The notes: generated from the sequence alone by a model not told the origin. A DNA stretch of 63,960 bases, filler included, from Reticulomyxa filosa (GCA_000512085.1; 21 parts of 21 records of this genome joined end to end with filler, not necessarily neighbours in it); one strand, 5' to 3'. Shown: positions 26,317 through 39,511, counted from the whole stretch's first letter. Numbers and translations are program-made.

Positions 26317-27382
26317 ATGAATCAACATTTTCAAATGAAAGAGGAAGGTTCAGTCAGTTATCAAAGCGATCAGTTTGATAAATGTTCGAGTCTGTCGGGT
26401 TCTTCTTCTGCTATAGCGCCCCCCAAACGTTGGTGCACGAAGCCAAGATGCTGCAATGTTTCTTGTTGCTTGATTTATGCAGCCATAAGCGGCATAGTCA
26501 TTACAGTAATGACGGTGTTATTGTATTTGTCCATACCAAAAGACATAATATACCAATACTTGTATTTGAATGTGGTTGATTTGCAAGTAGTAACCTGGAA
26601 TTCTCTCAGATTTGTAAATTTAACCGGAACAGCCAACGTGACAGGCTATTCAACCAGTCAATCGGATATGTGGGAAAGAGATGTGACAATGGACCTATTC
26701 TTGTTGGATTGGACCCAAAACCAAGTACCACAACCCATTTTTTTCCCCCCTTTTTGTATATCTAATCAACAATTGTTTTTGGAGTCAAATGCATTTTTAC
26801 ACGTTTAAACTAGAACAGAGGCATCCCGAGAGCATCTTCTTTTTTTTTGTTTATTTATTTATTTGCACACCTTGTGCACATTGTGTCGAAACATTCTGCG
26901 TCTCGTTTTTGTAATGCGACGCTTTTTTTAGAAAGGATAGAAATGTATTGTCATTGAAAATTCGTGTTTGTTTAAGACTTGGAACACAAGCCCTTGTTTT
27001 TTTTGTTGACAATTGTGCACGCAAGGTGTCCGTAGCCACGATCCATTGTTGTGACCAAAGACTGAATATTCCGTCCAAAAAGTCGTTTAATACAAGCTTT
27101 TCGCTGATTGCACCTGCAGTCCCAGAGAGCGTATATAGTTACATTATGGACCAAGAGCTACCGGTACATCCTCACATAATCCCTCTCGGTTTGCGGGGTT
27201 ATGCTTATGTTACGCTCAAACTTTTGGGAATTGAAGTATATGGCTTCACTGACTGTTGGGTTTACCTTAATGGCTCACACCTCCTTGGCAATCACTCTGC
27301 CCTCTCTTTCCCCGACCCAGCTACTCGAACGTGGAAATTGGATGTCATCAATCAAACTTGTTCGCATCAATTCAAAGTGTGA
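26317..27382 (+). CDS. Single-pass type II membrane protein, LEA_2/TMEM106-like beta-sandwich (tentative)
   Basis: Cys-rich juxtamembrane segment, one TM helix, then PKDI and beta-rich ectodomain with N-x-S/T sites and QRLNIPSKKSFN...LGLRGYAYV. ORFs 26317-26808 and 26948-27382 are probably spliced together. Confidence 0.5.
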
Positions 27383-27879
27383 GTTTATTTCAATTTTGAT
27401 ATACTTTGCTCAAAAAGATTTAGCCTTTTATTTGTGTTTGTTCAAAAATGTTTCATTTGAGAATATACAATTGCTGTGTAATTATTGTTAAATCTAATAC
27501 AAGGGTCTAGCTAATATGGCACGGTGTATTGTCTTCATTCTCTTTTTTTTTTTTTTTGTTTAGCATTAGACCAGGCAATAATAAATATTGTACGGATTCA
27601 TTGTGCATTACATTTGTCTTGACAAAATAATGTCAGCATAAGTTTCGCAGAACTTGTATTTTGATTTCAAATATTATTTTTCTTTAATGATTTTCTTAAA
27701 CATATAATCGTATTTGTTTCTTTGGAGTTTCATTTTCAAACTTGTTGTCAGGCACAAAAAAAAGCTTTTCAACAAAAAAGTGATACGTTTGGAAAAAAAG
27801 ACAATTATATTAACACAAAATTGTCTCACTTCAAGAAAGATTTTGTTTTTTTTAAACTATTATTTTCCTGAAAGAAAAA

Positions 27880-29210
27880 ATGTTGCTGGGTTCAAGTGAA
27901 AAAAATAAAGCCAAGTACAGCTCAGTGCCGACACAAAGCACACTGCTGCAAAACTACGGGGCGTCTCGACAGCAACAAGACACGAAAGAAAATGACGTAA
28001 CACTTCCCAACAGTTTGAACCGGCAAGAGTGGAAAGCAAGATCGTCTCAAAGGAAGATTTCGCATAAGCATCATGTTCAGCACCCAACACGGGTATCGCT
28101 CAATCGATTGATACATGACCAAACCGCAGATTTGCCACAACCAAACAAAGACGACGGCGATGCGGAACGAGTTATTGATGATGTCGAATTTGACAATAAT
28201 TCTCCAGCTTATGATAATCCTATGAATGGAACTTTGGCCCGTGTTGGCATGAGTTTATTTATCTATTTTTTTTATTTTATTTATTTTTGGTGGTGTTGTT
28301 GTCGCTGTCTTTTGTCTGTATGATTTTCTTGCACCACAAAAGTGGACTTTTGAAAATGTATAATGCGTGCACCTGGCCATATTCGATACATGTATATGTC
28401 ATATCATATGTACACTTTGCAAATGTGTACGTAGAGAAGGGATTGTGTTTGGAAACATTGGCTCTCACAAACGAACAGGCCGTGACAGCGATGGTGACAC
28501 TTATTCATCGGGCGATTCTGCGCCTGAAAATGGTCATGTTCCACAAAACACCAGAAGAATGTACTTTGGAAGTTCCGCCACTGATATTCAAGCCGTGGCA
28601 TCCTTTCGAGGATTTTTTTTTTATATTAAAAACTGCAAATGGCATATTGTACTTATTTCTGTGACAAAACATATACATATACGTGTAAACGTGTATTTTT
28701 GTTAATAATAATAATAATAATAATAATAATGATAATAAAACAGAGACAGTGAAAATAAAAGATGAGTTGCTGACAGCAGATAGTTCCAAGCAAGGCACTC
28801 TGAAGGACATTGAAGGCGATGCAACGAAAAGCAACACAAATCGGACAAACGACGAGATACATTTGAACGACAATCGGATTGAAACAGCAAATGAGGAAAC
28901 GGGCGTAAGCAGAAGCGACACATTAAGTCGGATCAGTTTGAAAGGTCATTTTGGGAGCGGCTTTATGAATCGAATGCGAGACAGTATCATGACCAATGGA
29001 ACTGGCCAGCCCCTTGCTCATTACAATGCAGTACCCACTGGCTCGGCAATACCTTCTTTTCTTCCCAATCGTCTGGTTTCCATGGAAATGCCACAACGCA
29101 ATTTGACTAACACTACCAATGTATACTTGGAGGGAGAGTTGGCCAAGATTTACACACAACCACAGCAAATACAAAACAACGTTCCTCTGTCCGATCAAAG
29201 TTTGTCACAT
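27880..29210 (+). CDS. Hypothetical multi-exon protein, 5' part (low complexity)
   Basis: Three coding-like blocks (~27880-28245, ~28435-28610, ~28744-29200) separated by intron-like tracts including an (AAT)n run. No domain recognised. Confidence 0.5.
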
Positions 29211-29393
29211 TTTACATACACACACGCACATACTCTCTCTCAAATCTAATATATATATAATTCCCCTTTGGAATTCAAATTTATTTTTTTTTTNNNNNNN
29301 NNNNNNNNNNNNNNNNNNNNNNNNNNNNNNNNNNNNNTTAATTAATTAANNNNNNNNNNNNNNNNNNNNNNNNNNNNNNNNNNNNNNNNNNNN

Positions 29394-29429
<36 letters not shown>

Positions 29430-29449
29430 AAGTGGAAAAATTTGGTTAA

Positions 29450-30160
29450 GTTTACCCTGCGCTTCTTCGCTAGCCAATTGGGAGGAACTATGTGCGGTGT
29501 TTAATTTTTTATTGCCTCATTACAATTGGCAACACTATTTGACCAGTCCAAATCCGAACAATGAGAAAATCCAAAGTAGCAAAATGATCTCGCCTCCTGG
29601 TGCTCTTATCGTCACTGGAAGGGACTGGGACCAGCTTAATCATACCCTTGTCGCTTGCAAAATGCTCACTGAAGCTTCTGGACATACCCTTTTGGGTGCT
29701 GTTGTTGACTCACAAGTTATGCCAAGGGGACTCTTTAAAGAAGGAAACAGGGGGGACATTAGGAGAGGGAATGATCTGCTACCCATTTTTTTATACTGAA
29801 AGATACTTTTGAAAGGCTGTTATCATTTTGTGAAATGTAACAATGTTGTACTTGCTGTTTTTCACATCTTTTTATTTTTGTTTGCAGGCGTATGATGAGT
29901 TAGCAAAGGGTGCCAACGTTAAAAAAAATGAATTCGTAAATTTCATTGCGAAAAGTGAATGGGAAAATGAGTGGAAGAATGAGCAGAGCGGTGCTAATGG
30001 GAATAGCTTAAACACTGAATGGGACGACAGTCTCCTTCAAAAAGCGGCTGGGTTTTGGATTAGACAAGGGGTTTCTATTATCGGTTGTGGGTGGCTTTCT
30101 GGAACGAAAGTTTTAAGAAATGTTATTGATGAGTTTCGTCAAACAGGACAAAACTTCTAA
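29450..30160 (+). CDS. 3' part of a protein with weak similarity to the homocysteine S-methyltransferase barrel
   Basis: Exons ~29450-29715 and 29889-30160. Ending AAGFWIRQGVSIIGCGWLSGTKVLRNVI resembles HMT W...G..IIGGCCG..P.HI but lacks the CC pair. Confidence 0.4.
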
Positions 30161-31557
30161 AAAAAAAATATGAATGTTCAAATAAAAAAAGTACAACAAT
30201 CTCTACGATATCAAACACAAAAAATAATGAAAAAAGCAACGCCAAAAAAACATCATGAAAAGAAAATAAAAACTTTTTTAAATCTCACTAAATCTACAGA
30301 CTGTCTGTAAAAGAAAACGGATTTCTGTTTTTTGGCTATCTTTCTTGAAAAAAGTATTGCAAAATTTCATTAACACGAAATTATATACAGAATAAGACAA
30401 TAATGTTGTTTTTAACTATCTCACAAATAGGTGAGCTTGTATTTCAATAATACTACGATCTTAAAAGATTGTTAAAATGTATTTACAATTTTAAAAAAGT
30501 GATTTGACGCAAAAGTAAACATAGTGAAAAATTGGTTTTAGTCTTTTTTTGCTGGTCTTTTGTATCGTGTGGTAAATTATTAATATATAGGAAAAAAATA
30601 TTGTTTTTATGTTGTAATTTTATTTGCTTTATGTCTTTCTATTATGTAGTCACCAAGATTCACAGTTACATTTGTAGTAAATCGTTCGTTTCGTTAGTCG
30701 TTTCGTCCAATTGAAAAGTCCAGCACTCAGTTGTACTCATTCACAGTCACAAACTCGTGCCGTATTTACGTTTGCGTCGTTTGTTGATTTGTTACTCTTC
30801 CAATACATGTGTTGAACTAGTTTTTTCTTTTTTAATGACAGTGACAATTACTTGCTACTTTCAAAGCCGAATTCCGACACAATGAAACAAAAGAGATTAC
30901 ATCAGATAGATAGGGAAAAAAAATAAATTGCAAGTCACTGCGGTCTTCACTAAACAACAAAGACTTTTTTTTTCTTTTTGGCAGTGATACTGTTGTTTGA
31001 AGCTTTCATTCTGCACGAAATTACGACCAGAACATTGTTTTTTCAAAGTTTAATAAATCTTACAGTCAATCACCTAAAACATAGCATATCGTTCTTAAAT
31101 TCTATTCAATTTGCAAGAGCTGTTTCAGAAATGTCAATCCCTTCTCACTTGGAACGTCGTTTTGTCTAAAAAAACAAGTAGTGAGGTTTTTTTGTTGCGC
31201 CATCGTGCAAAACCGTCATTTTTAGATTTGTGTAGAAATTTTACAAGCTGCTAGTTAGCAACAAATTCAAATTGATGGGCGCAACATGTTCACCATGCAC
31301 TATAAACCAAGGAGTGATAGAAGCAAACCGGCAGTCGTCATATCGCACGATGCAGGCTTCCAATTTACGTGGTGTGTTGTACTAATTCTATTAGAGTTCA
31401 GCTTTTGTTATAACGACAATTGTACGCCATCGACACGATATATATTATATACATACATACATATAAATATGAAACTAAAAATTCAATAACTTGGATGAAG
31501 TTATGTGTATGTTGACATGATCCACGGATCGACATATAAATCCCAACAGGTACAAAT

Positions 31558-32343
31558 ATGGACCCTAAACTTCAGTTGAAGGGACTAAGTATGGACGAAC
31601 AAGAGAACTCCACTCCAGAAAACTCTTACTCAAATCAAGACAAAGAGGATCGATATAACGTGCAAAGAAGAGAATCGACCAGTATGAGTCAGAGCGATTT
31701 TGCTGACAGATCAAAAGAAAATGCGAAACCTTTGAATAATGACAACAATAGCAACAACGACAATAACAACAACAGCGACAAAAACAAGACTTTGACGCTG
31801 TACACATTAAATCCTAGTTCTGAAAAGATAACTTCCTTAGAAGAACGCAACGCTGTGCGAACTAAAACGCTGTCATTGCAAAAGCAGTCCGCTGACAAAA
31901 CTAAGAAGACTGGCAATGCGACAGTACACTTTTCAGGAGAGGAAAGTACCCCTCCGCCTCCATTTATCAACTTCAAAAAAACAACATCAAACCACCGAAG
32001 CAAAAAAGAAGAAGCAAATGCATATAAGCAACAACACAGTGACCACAACCGAGAAAAAGATAAACGTGAGTCGATCGAAGCATATCAGGCCAATGGCGTT
32101 GTTCTTGCTCACTCGGATGAAAACAATGCTGGGGAAAACCTGCATACTCGACAATCGAGTGGCGAGAGTGAGCTGGATGACAAGACCCCACATCATTATG
32201 CCCACGACATGCCCAGTGATATCATTTATGGTGATGAGTCTGTACTTGTTAGTTACGTCAGTGAACCTGACCATAGCAAAACCATGACTTTGTCCAGAAT
32301 GAGTGATGAAGAAGCTGCTTCGCCAGTTACCAGCGATTTTTGA
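31558..32343 (+). CDS. Hypothetical hydrophilic low-complexity protein (261 aa)
   Basis: Long ORF in AT-rich DNA, N/S/E/K-rich, no recognisable domain. May have an upstream exon. Confidence 0.6.
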   Translation: MDPKLQLKGLSMDEQENSTPENSYSNQDKEDRYNVQRRESTSMSQSDFADRSKENAKPLNNDNNSNNDNNNNSDKNKTLTLYTLNPSSEKITSLEERNAVRTKTLSLQKQSADKTKKTGNATVHFSGEESTPPPPFINFKKTTSNHRSKKEEANAYKQQHSDHNREKDKRESIEAYQANGVVLAHSDENNAGENLHTRQSSGESELDDKTPHHYAHDMPSDIIYGDESVLVSYVSEPDHSKTMTLSRMSDEEAASPVTSDF

Positions 32344-32705
32344 GAAACTAATATATGGAACAAAAAAAACACCTGTTTTTGGTTATCTTTTGATCGTTTT
32401 TTTTTGTTTGTTTGTTTTGTTCGTTTCTTTTTTTGATATTTTTCATTTTGAACATATTTTGTTGTTATTGCATTCACCTCTGGTTTTCTTCGTTATTTTC
32501 GAAAAACAGTTGTAATTTATAATAGTTTTTTTTGTGTCTTTCTTTCTTTACTTATTGGAATTGAGTTTAGCAGCAGTTGTTTTACAAATAAAAAATTGAA
32601 GTTGGTTTGAAAGGTTTTTTTGTGATTATAATATTTTGTTACCTTTTTTTTTAAAAAAAAAGAAAGTAAAAATTCACTTGAATCAAGCAAATTCCGTTAC
32701 ATATA

Positions 32706-34891
32706 TCATTTTTCGTAAGTAAAAATTATTCCAGGATGTCCTGGGCTTGTTTTGTCCCGCAACTCTTGTGTTGTGTTAGCATCCGATTCCTGAGATCACA
32801 TCACAAACATGTTAGTGTTTTATGAAAGAGAGATTGTTTTTGTTTGTTTTAAAAACAGTTGAACAACGTGCACAAATAAATATAACTTTTTGCACGTAGA
32901 CTTTGGACAATTGAATATCCAGTCCATGCATCAAAAATTGAACATTACTCGCAGCAAATTCATACTCATTGAATGGCAGCTTCAGGTCAAAGGTTCTTTC
33001 TTTTCTCTGGGGCAATATCTCTGCTAACAAATAATTGGCAAATCTCAGCACAGTGGGTTTGAGATTTTCGTCTTTTGACTCTTCCAAAAATTTTTGTTTC
33101 AAAAGATATGCACGCCAGTCTTGGGTTGTCAGTTCATTTGATTTCTGCAACAAACATTTTTGTTTTGTTTTTTGGTATTTTTAAAATTTTAGATATAATT
33201 TTTTTTTTATGTACAAAGTTATAAACGTAACCTCATCATAAAGTTCTTGCAGTGCCAAAATTGTTTGTTCTTGGAACAGTTTGTAACTATCCGCAACGCA
33301 AACGATGGCAGCGTTTGCAGGATTTTCCAATTCTGGAGTCAATTTTTTGGCTTTCTTTTTTTTGCGTTGGCGGTCAGATTCATATTTGCTATATTCCTGT
33401 CGGAAACGGTGTGACGTTTCTAAACGCGTTTTTTTTATTACGTACAAAAAAAACAGTACATGTACGTACGTTCCGATGGCAACAGAGGAGGGGGAAAAAA
33501 AAAGACACACTATGATGAAAATACCTTGTAAAAGTTCAAATTTTTGGCTTAAGATGAAATCAACAGGACCACTCTTAGGGAAACTTGCGTTGATGATATA
33601 TCCAGGCTATCCCATTTTTTTTTTTTTTTTTTTTTTTGTGTCTCGATTTGACACAATTCTCTTTCGACCAAAAAAAAAAAAAAAAAAGAAAAGATTTTTT
33701 TTCTTTTAGTATGTTGGTCATACCTTGTCTATTTTGTTCCACATAAATTCGCAAAAATGAGTGCAAATGGGTGATAGCAGTAACAACTGGACTTCAATGT
33801 ATCGGTTCAGCAATTGTCTATATTTTCAGTAATTTTTTTTTTTGGTGGATCAATCCCAGCCCATTCTGCAGAGAAGAAAAAAGGGGAGGAGGGAGGGAAG
33901 GAAAAAAAAAGAAGGGCATAAAGTATCCGTACATACTTGTGTGGTCCACCGTGAACATGTGTCACATAATAATTCTTGGCATTCTCCAAATTGTAATAAC
34001 CACATCCTATCATATATTTACAATAACGATAACGACAACTAAAACAAATAATAATAATAATAATAATAAAAAAAAGGTAGGGGACATACCTAAGGCTTGT
34101 CGGAATTGCATGTTGGCATAAGCGACATCAGTGTCAATGATGGCGGCATTGATAGCGTTATCAAACATTTTATCCAAATTGGAATAGGGCCCATCGCGCA
34201 GCGAAGACACGCTTTCAATGGTGTTTTCAATCCACGTTTGCAACTTGGTGAGTTTCAAAACGGCGGAGTTGGCGACATCCTTTGAAAAGTTAGCATCTTC
34301 CAAAGTGTCGCCGGCATCTGCCAATGCCAGCCTCGTTGCATCCGCACCATACAATTTGATCGTGTCATTCAACGTCAGGAAATTGCCAGTTTGTTTCGAC
34401 ATCTTTTCTTTGTCGATCAAAATATGGCCATTGGCAAAAAATGACAAAGGCCACTTCCGAGGATCGTCCTTCCATATTGCCTTTATACATACATATACAC
34501 ATATACATGGACGTACATATGTATATGTACATATACATATATTGTATATATATAAGTATGTACGTATATTATAAAAAATAAACAGGGGGGGGGAAAAAAA
34601 AGTAAGATCAAGTTACGACAAAAAAAAAAAAAAACATACCGCGTGGTTGTACAAGCACATGGTCAAGTGATTAGGAATCAAGTCTTTGCCGGAGACCCTC
34701 AAGTCCAAAGGATACCAATACTCGAACTCCTTCCTCATTGTCGTGATAAGATCTGTTGGCACCTTGCAATCTTTGGGGATGTCTTTGCCCAAGAAGATGG
34801 CGTCCCACACGTCCGGAGTGAACCATTCTGGCTTCAGCGAGTTTGTGCTGACGTTGCCATCCAGCGCATTATCCAAAAAGTGGTGGCACAC
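32706..34891 (-). CDS. LARS1: Cytosolic leucyl-tRNA synthetase, C-terminal half (multi-exon)
   Basis: EFEYWYPLDLRVSGKDLIPNHLTMCLYNH, FANGHILIDKEKMSKQTGNFLTL, YGADATRLALADAGDTLEDANF and terminal PGHPGIIF, with TGA at 32708-32706. Confidence 0.96.
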
Positions 34892-34900
34892 TATTATTAT

Positions 34901-34934
<34 letters not shown>

Positions 34935-35082
34935 NNNNNNNNNNNNNNNNNNNNNNNNNNNNNNNNNNNNNNNNNNNNTTAATTAATTAANNNNNNNNNN
35001 NNNNNNNNNNNNNNNNNNNNNNNNNNNNNNNNNNGATACATCCCTTTTTAAAAAAGTTTTAATAGTTCATCAATCTGATAAC

Positions 35083-36488
35083 ATGAGTAAAATAACTTTG
35101 AAACTTTAAAAGATTTACCCATTCCACTTCCGGAACCTCAATGTGTGTTGTATAAAGATGAAATCCTCATTTGTGGAGGCAGGTGTAAAAGAGACTGTTA
35201 TTCTTATAATACACGCAAAAACGAATACAAGTTAATCTGTGAGTATCCAAGTGATGTCAAATTAGAAGGGCATTGTGTAGTGAAGATGGTGGATAATAAC
35301 AGCGAAGGCAATAATGAGATTACTTTGTTGTCTTTTGGTGGATTATCTAAACATACATTGATAATGAAATATGTGAGTGCTTGGAGTAATGACAATGATG
35401 ATAATGAAATTAAGAGATCAAAGAAATTAAAAAAATGCAATCAATGGATTCCTTTTACCGACAATAAGCAAAAATTGGTTGAAATTGGAAGAAAGGAAGA
35501 TGATTATGAAGGAGCACGCGCAGTGATTGGTGGAAGCAATAATCATTTGTTATTTATCACCTATCAACCAATGAATATTAGTGTGTTTGATTTAAATACA
35601 TTTCAATTTATTAAGCATGATACTTTGCCAATTGATAATGAGATATACTCCCCTTGCTTTGTATCAACATCAGAAAATGAACAAGAAATGATGAAAGGAA
35701 ATAAAAAAAATAAGAATATTAAAATGCTATTGTTTCATAAAAAGGCAGGATTATCAATTAGATATGACGAAACCAACAACACTTTTCGATATTATGCCAA
35801 AAAAGTTTGTAAAGATATAGCGCCATTTTGGAATTACGGATATGTGTGTATCAATGACATCATATTGTTTTTTGGTGGATGGCGTTCTAAGACTGTTTCA
35901 AAATCAATGTACAAGTATTCAATTCGAGAAAACAAATGGAAGACGTTTCAAGATGTTTTGCCCGCTTCATTGGATGGCTGTATTGCAATGTTGAGCAAAG
36001 ACAGTAATTATGTACATATTATCGGTGTGCCAAGTGCCAGCGGGAACTCTGCGACAACACACTTGAAAACGAAAGTAAACATATGGTTAGATGAAAAAGA
36101 GGAAGAGGAAGAGGAAGAGGAAGAGGAAGAGGAAGAAGAAGAAGAAGAAAAGAAAAAAGATGAAATTTATAATATAAAAAAAAAAGTGAGAAAAGATACC
36201 GATGTTGAGTTTATTCTTTGTTAGAGCTATAATTAAAAATAAATTGTTTTGAAACATACAAATGGAAATAGGAAAAAGAAGAAATAAAGAAATGGATGAA
36301 ATGGCTGAAAGACAAGGACGAAAAAGATAAAAAAGAAATTGTTACAAACTTTGAGAAATTATCGGATGACAATTTCGAGATATGGTTACTGAAGCAGAGT
36401 AAATGGAAAAATGATGTAACAAAAAAAAATATTCCCTCAATTTGTGATGCAACAAAAGCTTTTGTTATCTATCATTCCACTGATAGAG
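35083..36488 (+). CDS. Kelch-like beta-propeller protein of a lineage-expanded family, with poly-Glu linker; partial
   Basis: FETLKDLPIPL..QCVLYKDEILICGG...CYSYN...YKLICEYP...GHCVVK...LLSFGG...GARAVIGGSNNHLLFI...ILFFGGW. ATG at 35083 is one base out of frame at an A-run. Second exon ~36272-36488. Confidence 0.85.
36099..36149 (+). repeat. (GAGGAA)n/(GAA)n coding microsatellite (poly-Glu)
   Basis: Read directly from the sequence. Confidence 0.9.
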
Positions 36489-36625
36489 TTTCGTTTTTCT
36501 CATTTTTTTTTTTTTTAATACAGACNNNNNNNNNNNNNNNNNNNNNNNNNNNNNNNNNNNNNNNNNNNNTTAATTAATTAANNNNNNNNNNNNNNNNNNN
36601 NNNNNNNNNNNNNNNNNNNNNNNNN

Positions 36626-37338
36626 ACAAAAGCATCGACGTTAGCAATAGAAATCGCCTTGCAAAAATAGTCGAAAGCCACGGTGGAGTGGTTGTTGATT
36701 ACCCATCCAAAGCTTCCCATGTTATTAAGCTCTATGTTATTTTGTCTGCTCAGTGAGGGTTAGTTGGTCAAAGATTTTTTTTTTTCTCGTTGTTCCGTCC
36801 CCCCCCCTCCCCCCCTCCTCTTCTTCACACTTTTTTTTTTTCCTTCACAAAATTAATCCTTTCTCCTATGCAAAAAAAAAAAAAAAGATGGAGGCAGAAA
36901 AAAAAATGTAGTCAATTCAAAGAGAAAGAAAGTGAGGGGGAGGGGGGGGGGGGGATGAAAGGGAGAAAAAAAAAAAAAGCATGTGGAGTGGAGTGGGTTT
37001 GGTTGATTTGTGGCTCGAATAACGAAAAGAAAAAAAAAAAGAGAAAAGGCGGAAATAAATAAAAATAAAAAAATAAAAAAAACACAAGTTAGTAATGACA
37101 ATAATAATAATAAATAATGATAAATGTACAGATAATACTGCCGGACAATGACGATATGAAAGGCGATGACGACAGCAACGACTTGAGGACACTGCAAGTG
37201 GACGTGGAGAGAAACAAGGCGCTGATTCATTGGTGGTTTTATCCAGCCAGCTACGATGAATGGATCGAGTCCAGTCTGGTGGAAGGAGATGCTATGGACT
37301 TTAGCAATCCCAGCGATGCTTGGCGTCTTGTTTGTCTA

Positions 37339-37371
<33 letters not shown>

Positions 37372-37765
37372 CATATATAAATGACTGAAGCTTTAAAATG
37401 CAATAACAAATAGGGAGAGAGATTTATCAACGACTTGGAGAGATACAATGAATGGATGGTTGAGTTTGATTATGAAATTGTTGAAGATGATCCCGATTCG
37501 GAAGATACTGCCGCCGAGGGCAACAATAGTCAACCCACGACAAGCACTTTGATTGCGTCGAGCCCCTTTGATAAGTCACTCACGACAACGATAACAGCAA
37601 CAACAACAACAATTGCCAATAATAATAACAATGCTAATGTGATGGATGCAAAAAACAATGACACCAAAACAGATGAAAAATTACATTCGTCGTTGACCGA
37701 CTCGAAACTGCCTGCACACATGCTGGCCAAAACTACGTCACATCCGAATTCCAATATTAATATTG
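36626..37765 (+). CDS. SMARCC: SMARCC1/2 (BAF155/BAF170)-type SWI/SNF subunit, internal exons with BRCT-chromodomain module
   Basis: Exons ~36626-36720 (RLAKIVESHGGVVVDYPSKASH), 37132-37330 (LRTL...KALIHWWFYPASYDEWI...AWRL) and 37414 onward (RFINDLERYNEWMVEFDYEI) parallel BAF155 KRHQG...SKASH...LVHWGFYPDSYDTW...FNEWMNEEDYEV. Confidence 0.88.
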
Positions 37766-37865
37766 NNNNNNNNNNNNNNNNNNNNNNNNNNNNNNNNNNN
37801 NNNNNNNNNTTAATTAATTAANNNNNNNNNNNNNNNNNNNNNNNNNNNNNNNNNNNNNNNNNNNN

Positions 37866-37889
37866 TTCCGGGTTTTTAAAAACCCGGAA
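37866..37889. repeat. Perfect 24-bp palindrome at contig start
   Basis: TTCCGGGTTTTT|AAAAACCCGGAA. Confidence 0.9.
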
Positions 37890-39372
37890 TTCAAACCCTT
37901 TCGGTCCAACAACAAAAACACCACTGAAAGTATTGATGCGCCACTAAAATAAATCCCAGGAGATACATCTGGATCTATCATGCCAGAATGCAAGTCGCTT
38001 GCCATTCTTCTTTTCCTCCTTCTGTTGTCAGCTTCGTCCCCTTTTAACGTGTCACAAGAAGAAACGTTCGTTTTGTCACACGCTTTTGAAAACGCTTTAG
38101 TTGGTATGTTTTATTGTGCACATGTTCAGCTGCAAGGAAAACGTCAAAAGATTAATGTAATTTTTTTTTAGAAAAAAAAGTGTTTCATAAGTGCTTTTAA
38201 ATAAAATTACATTTTTGTTTATTCAATTATGAATTTTTTAGAGCTATTGCTATTTATTGAATTTGTATGGAGTCCACAATCATTCAAGTCAACAAAATGA
38301 ACAGCACAAACAGTAAAGCAAAAGTATAAATCTTTCGTTAATACTCATTATGTATTACTAGACCAAGCAAGTTAATATATTATGAAAAATGATTGATACC
38401 TTACTCGAATAAACTTTTTGTGTTGATCAAACAATCGATAAAACGACGAAACATTAACTAGAATGCATCTGGTTTTAATTATGTGACAAGCTTTATATTT
38501 CAAGATTTTTGAAATGCTGATTTATATGATTGAACAGCGCAAGCATTTTAGATCATTCAAAAAATCGTTGCTAAAATTTAAGCAAAAACGTGCAAAAATT
38601 TATAATAACGTTTTTAATTTTTTCGAAAACGCTGATAATGGAAACGAAGTTTCCAAAAACGTTTTTGAAAAAGAAATTATTTGTCATCAAATGTAATTTT
38701 GCATAGGAAAAATATATGACTGTCACATGTAACGTATGACAACGTTTCTAAAAAATATTTTCATAAAGAGCCAAATGAACTGTTGGTTTCCCCAGCTGAA
38801 AAATTTGACAATAAATAATGTAAAAACAGCACTAGACTTATTATTGAACAGTCTTAGCTTCAAATGAAAAAACGAAAAATTTAAAATAAACTTGTCAATT
38901 TCATCAAAATTTATTTAAATTTTTAATTTAAATTTTATTTATAAAATGTTGCACTGTTCTCACACTTTTTATTTCAAAATGTTGATATTTTTTATCCTTA
39001 AAAACACTAATTTCATGTGCTATTCAGTTTTTTTCTTGTACAACCACATAAATAAAAAAAATTTAATAATAACACGCTCAATTAAAAAAAAGTTAAAAGT
39101 TTCTAACGGAATAAATCACGATTTGTAGATTTTTAAACAAAAACGAAAGCTTTTCATCAATATTGTCTTTTCATCGAGAAATCAAAACTCTGCAGAAGAC
39201 GACAATTTTATTTTCGGCACACGAGAGGGAGCTCGCTGCAAAAGACTTTTGAGGGAAGAGAAAATTATAATTTTTTTTTTGAAAATCGATTCATTTACAT
39301 TCATTTAACCCGACACAAGTAAATCCAAACTAAAGACTTTGGTTCTAAATTCGCTTTGTTCAAAAAATACGA

Positions 39373-39511
39373 ATGACAAGCAAGAGTACAGCAGTAGTGC
39401 GGTCAGAAAAAGCGTCGACCGTGAGTAAGTCTTTGACAACAACAGGAGGAGGAAACACACGATACCAGGCGACAGATTACAGAGATGCAATAGAATATTA
39501 TTCACAAGCCA
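39373..39511 (+). CDS. First exon of a TPR-repeat protein (rest off contig)
   Basis: MTSKSTAVVRSEK...GNTRYQATDYRDAIEYYSQA then GT donor at 39512. Matches TPR consensus GN..Y...DY..AI.YY..A. Too short for the ORF track. Confidence 0.65.
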
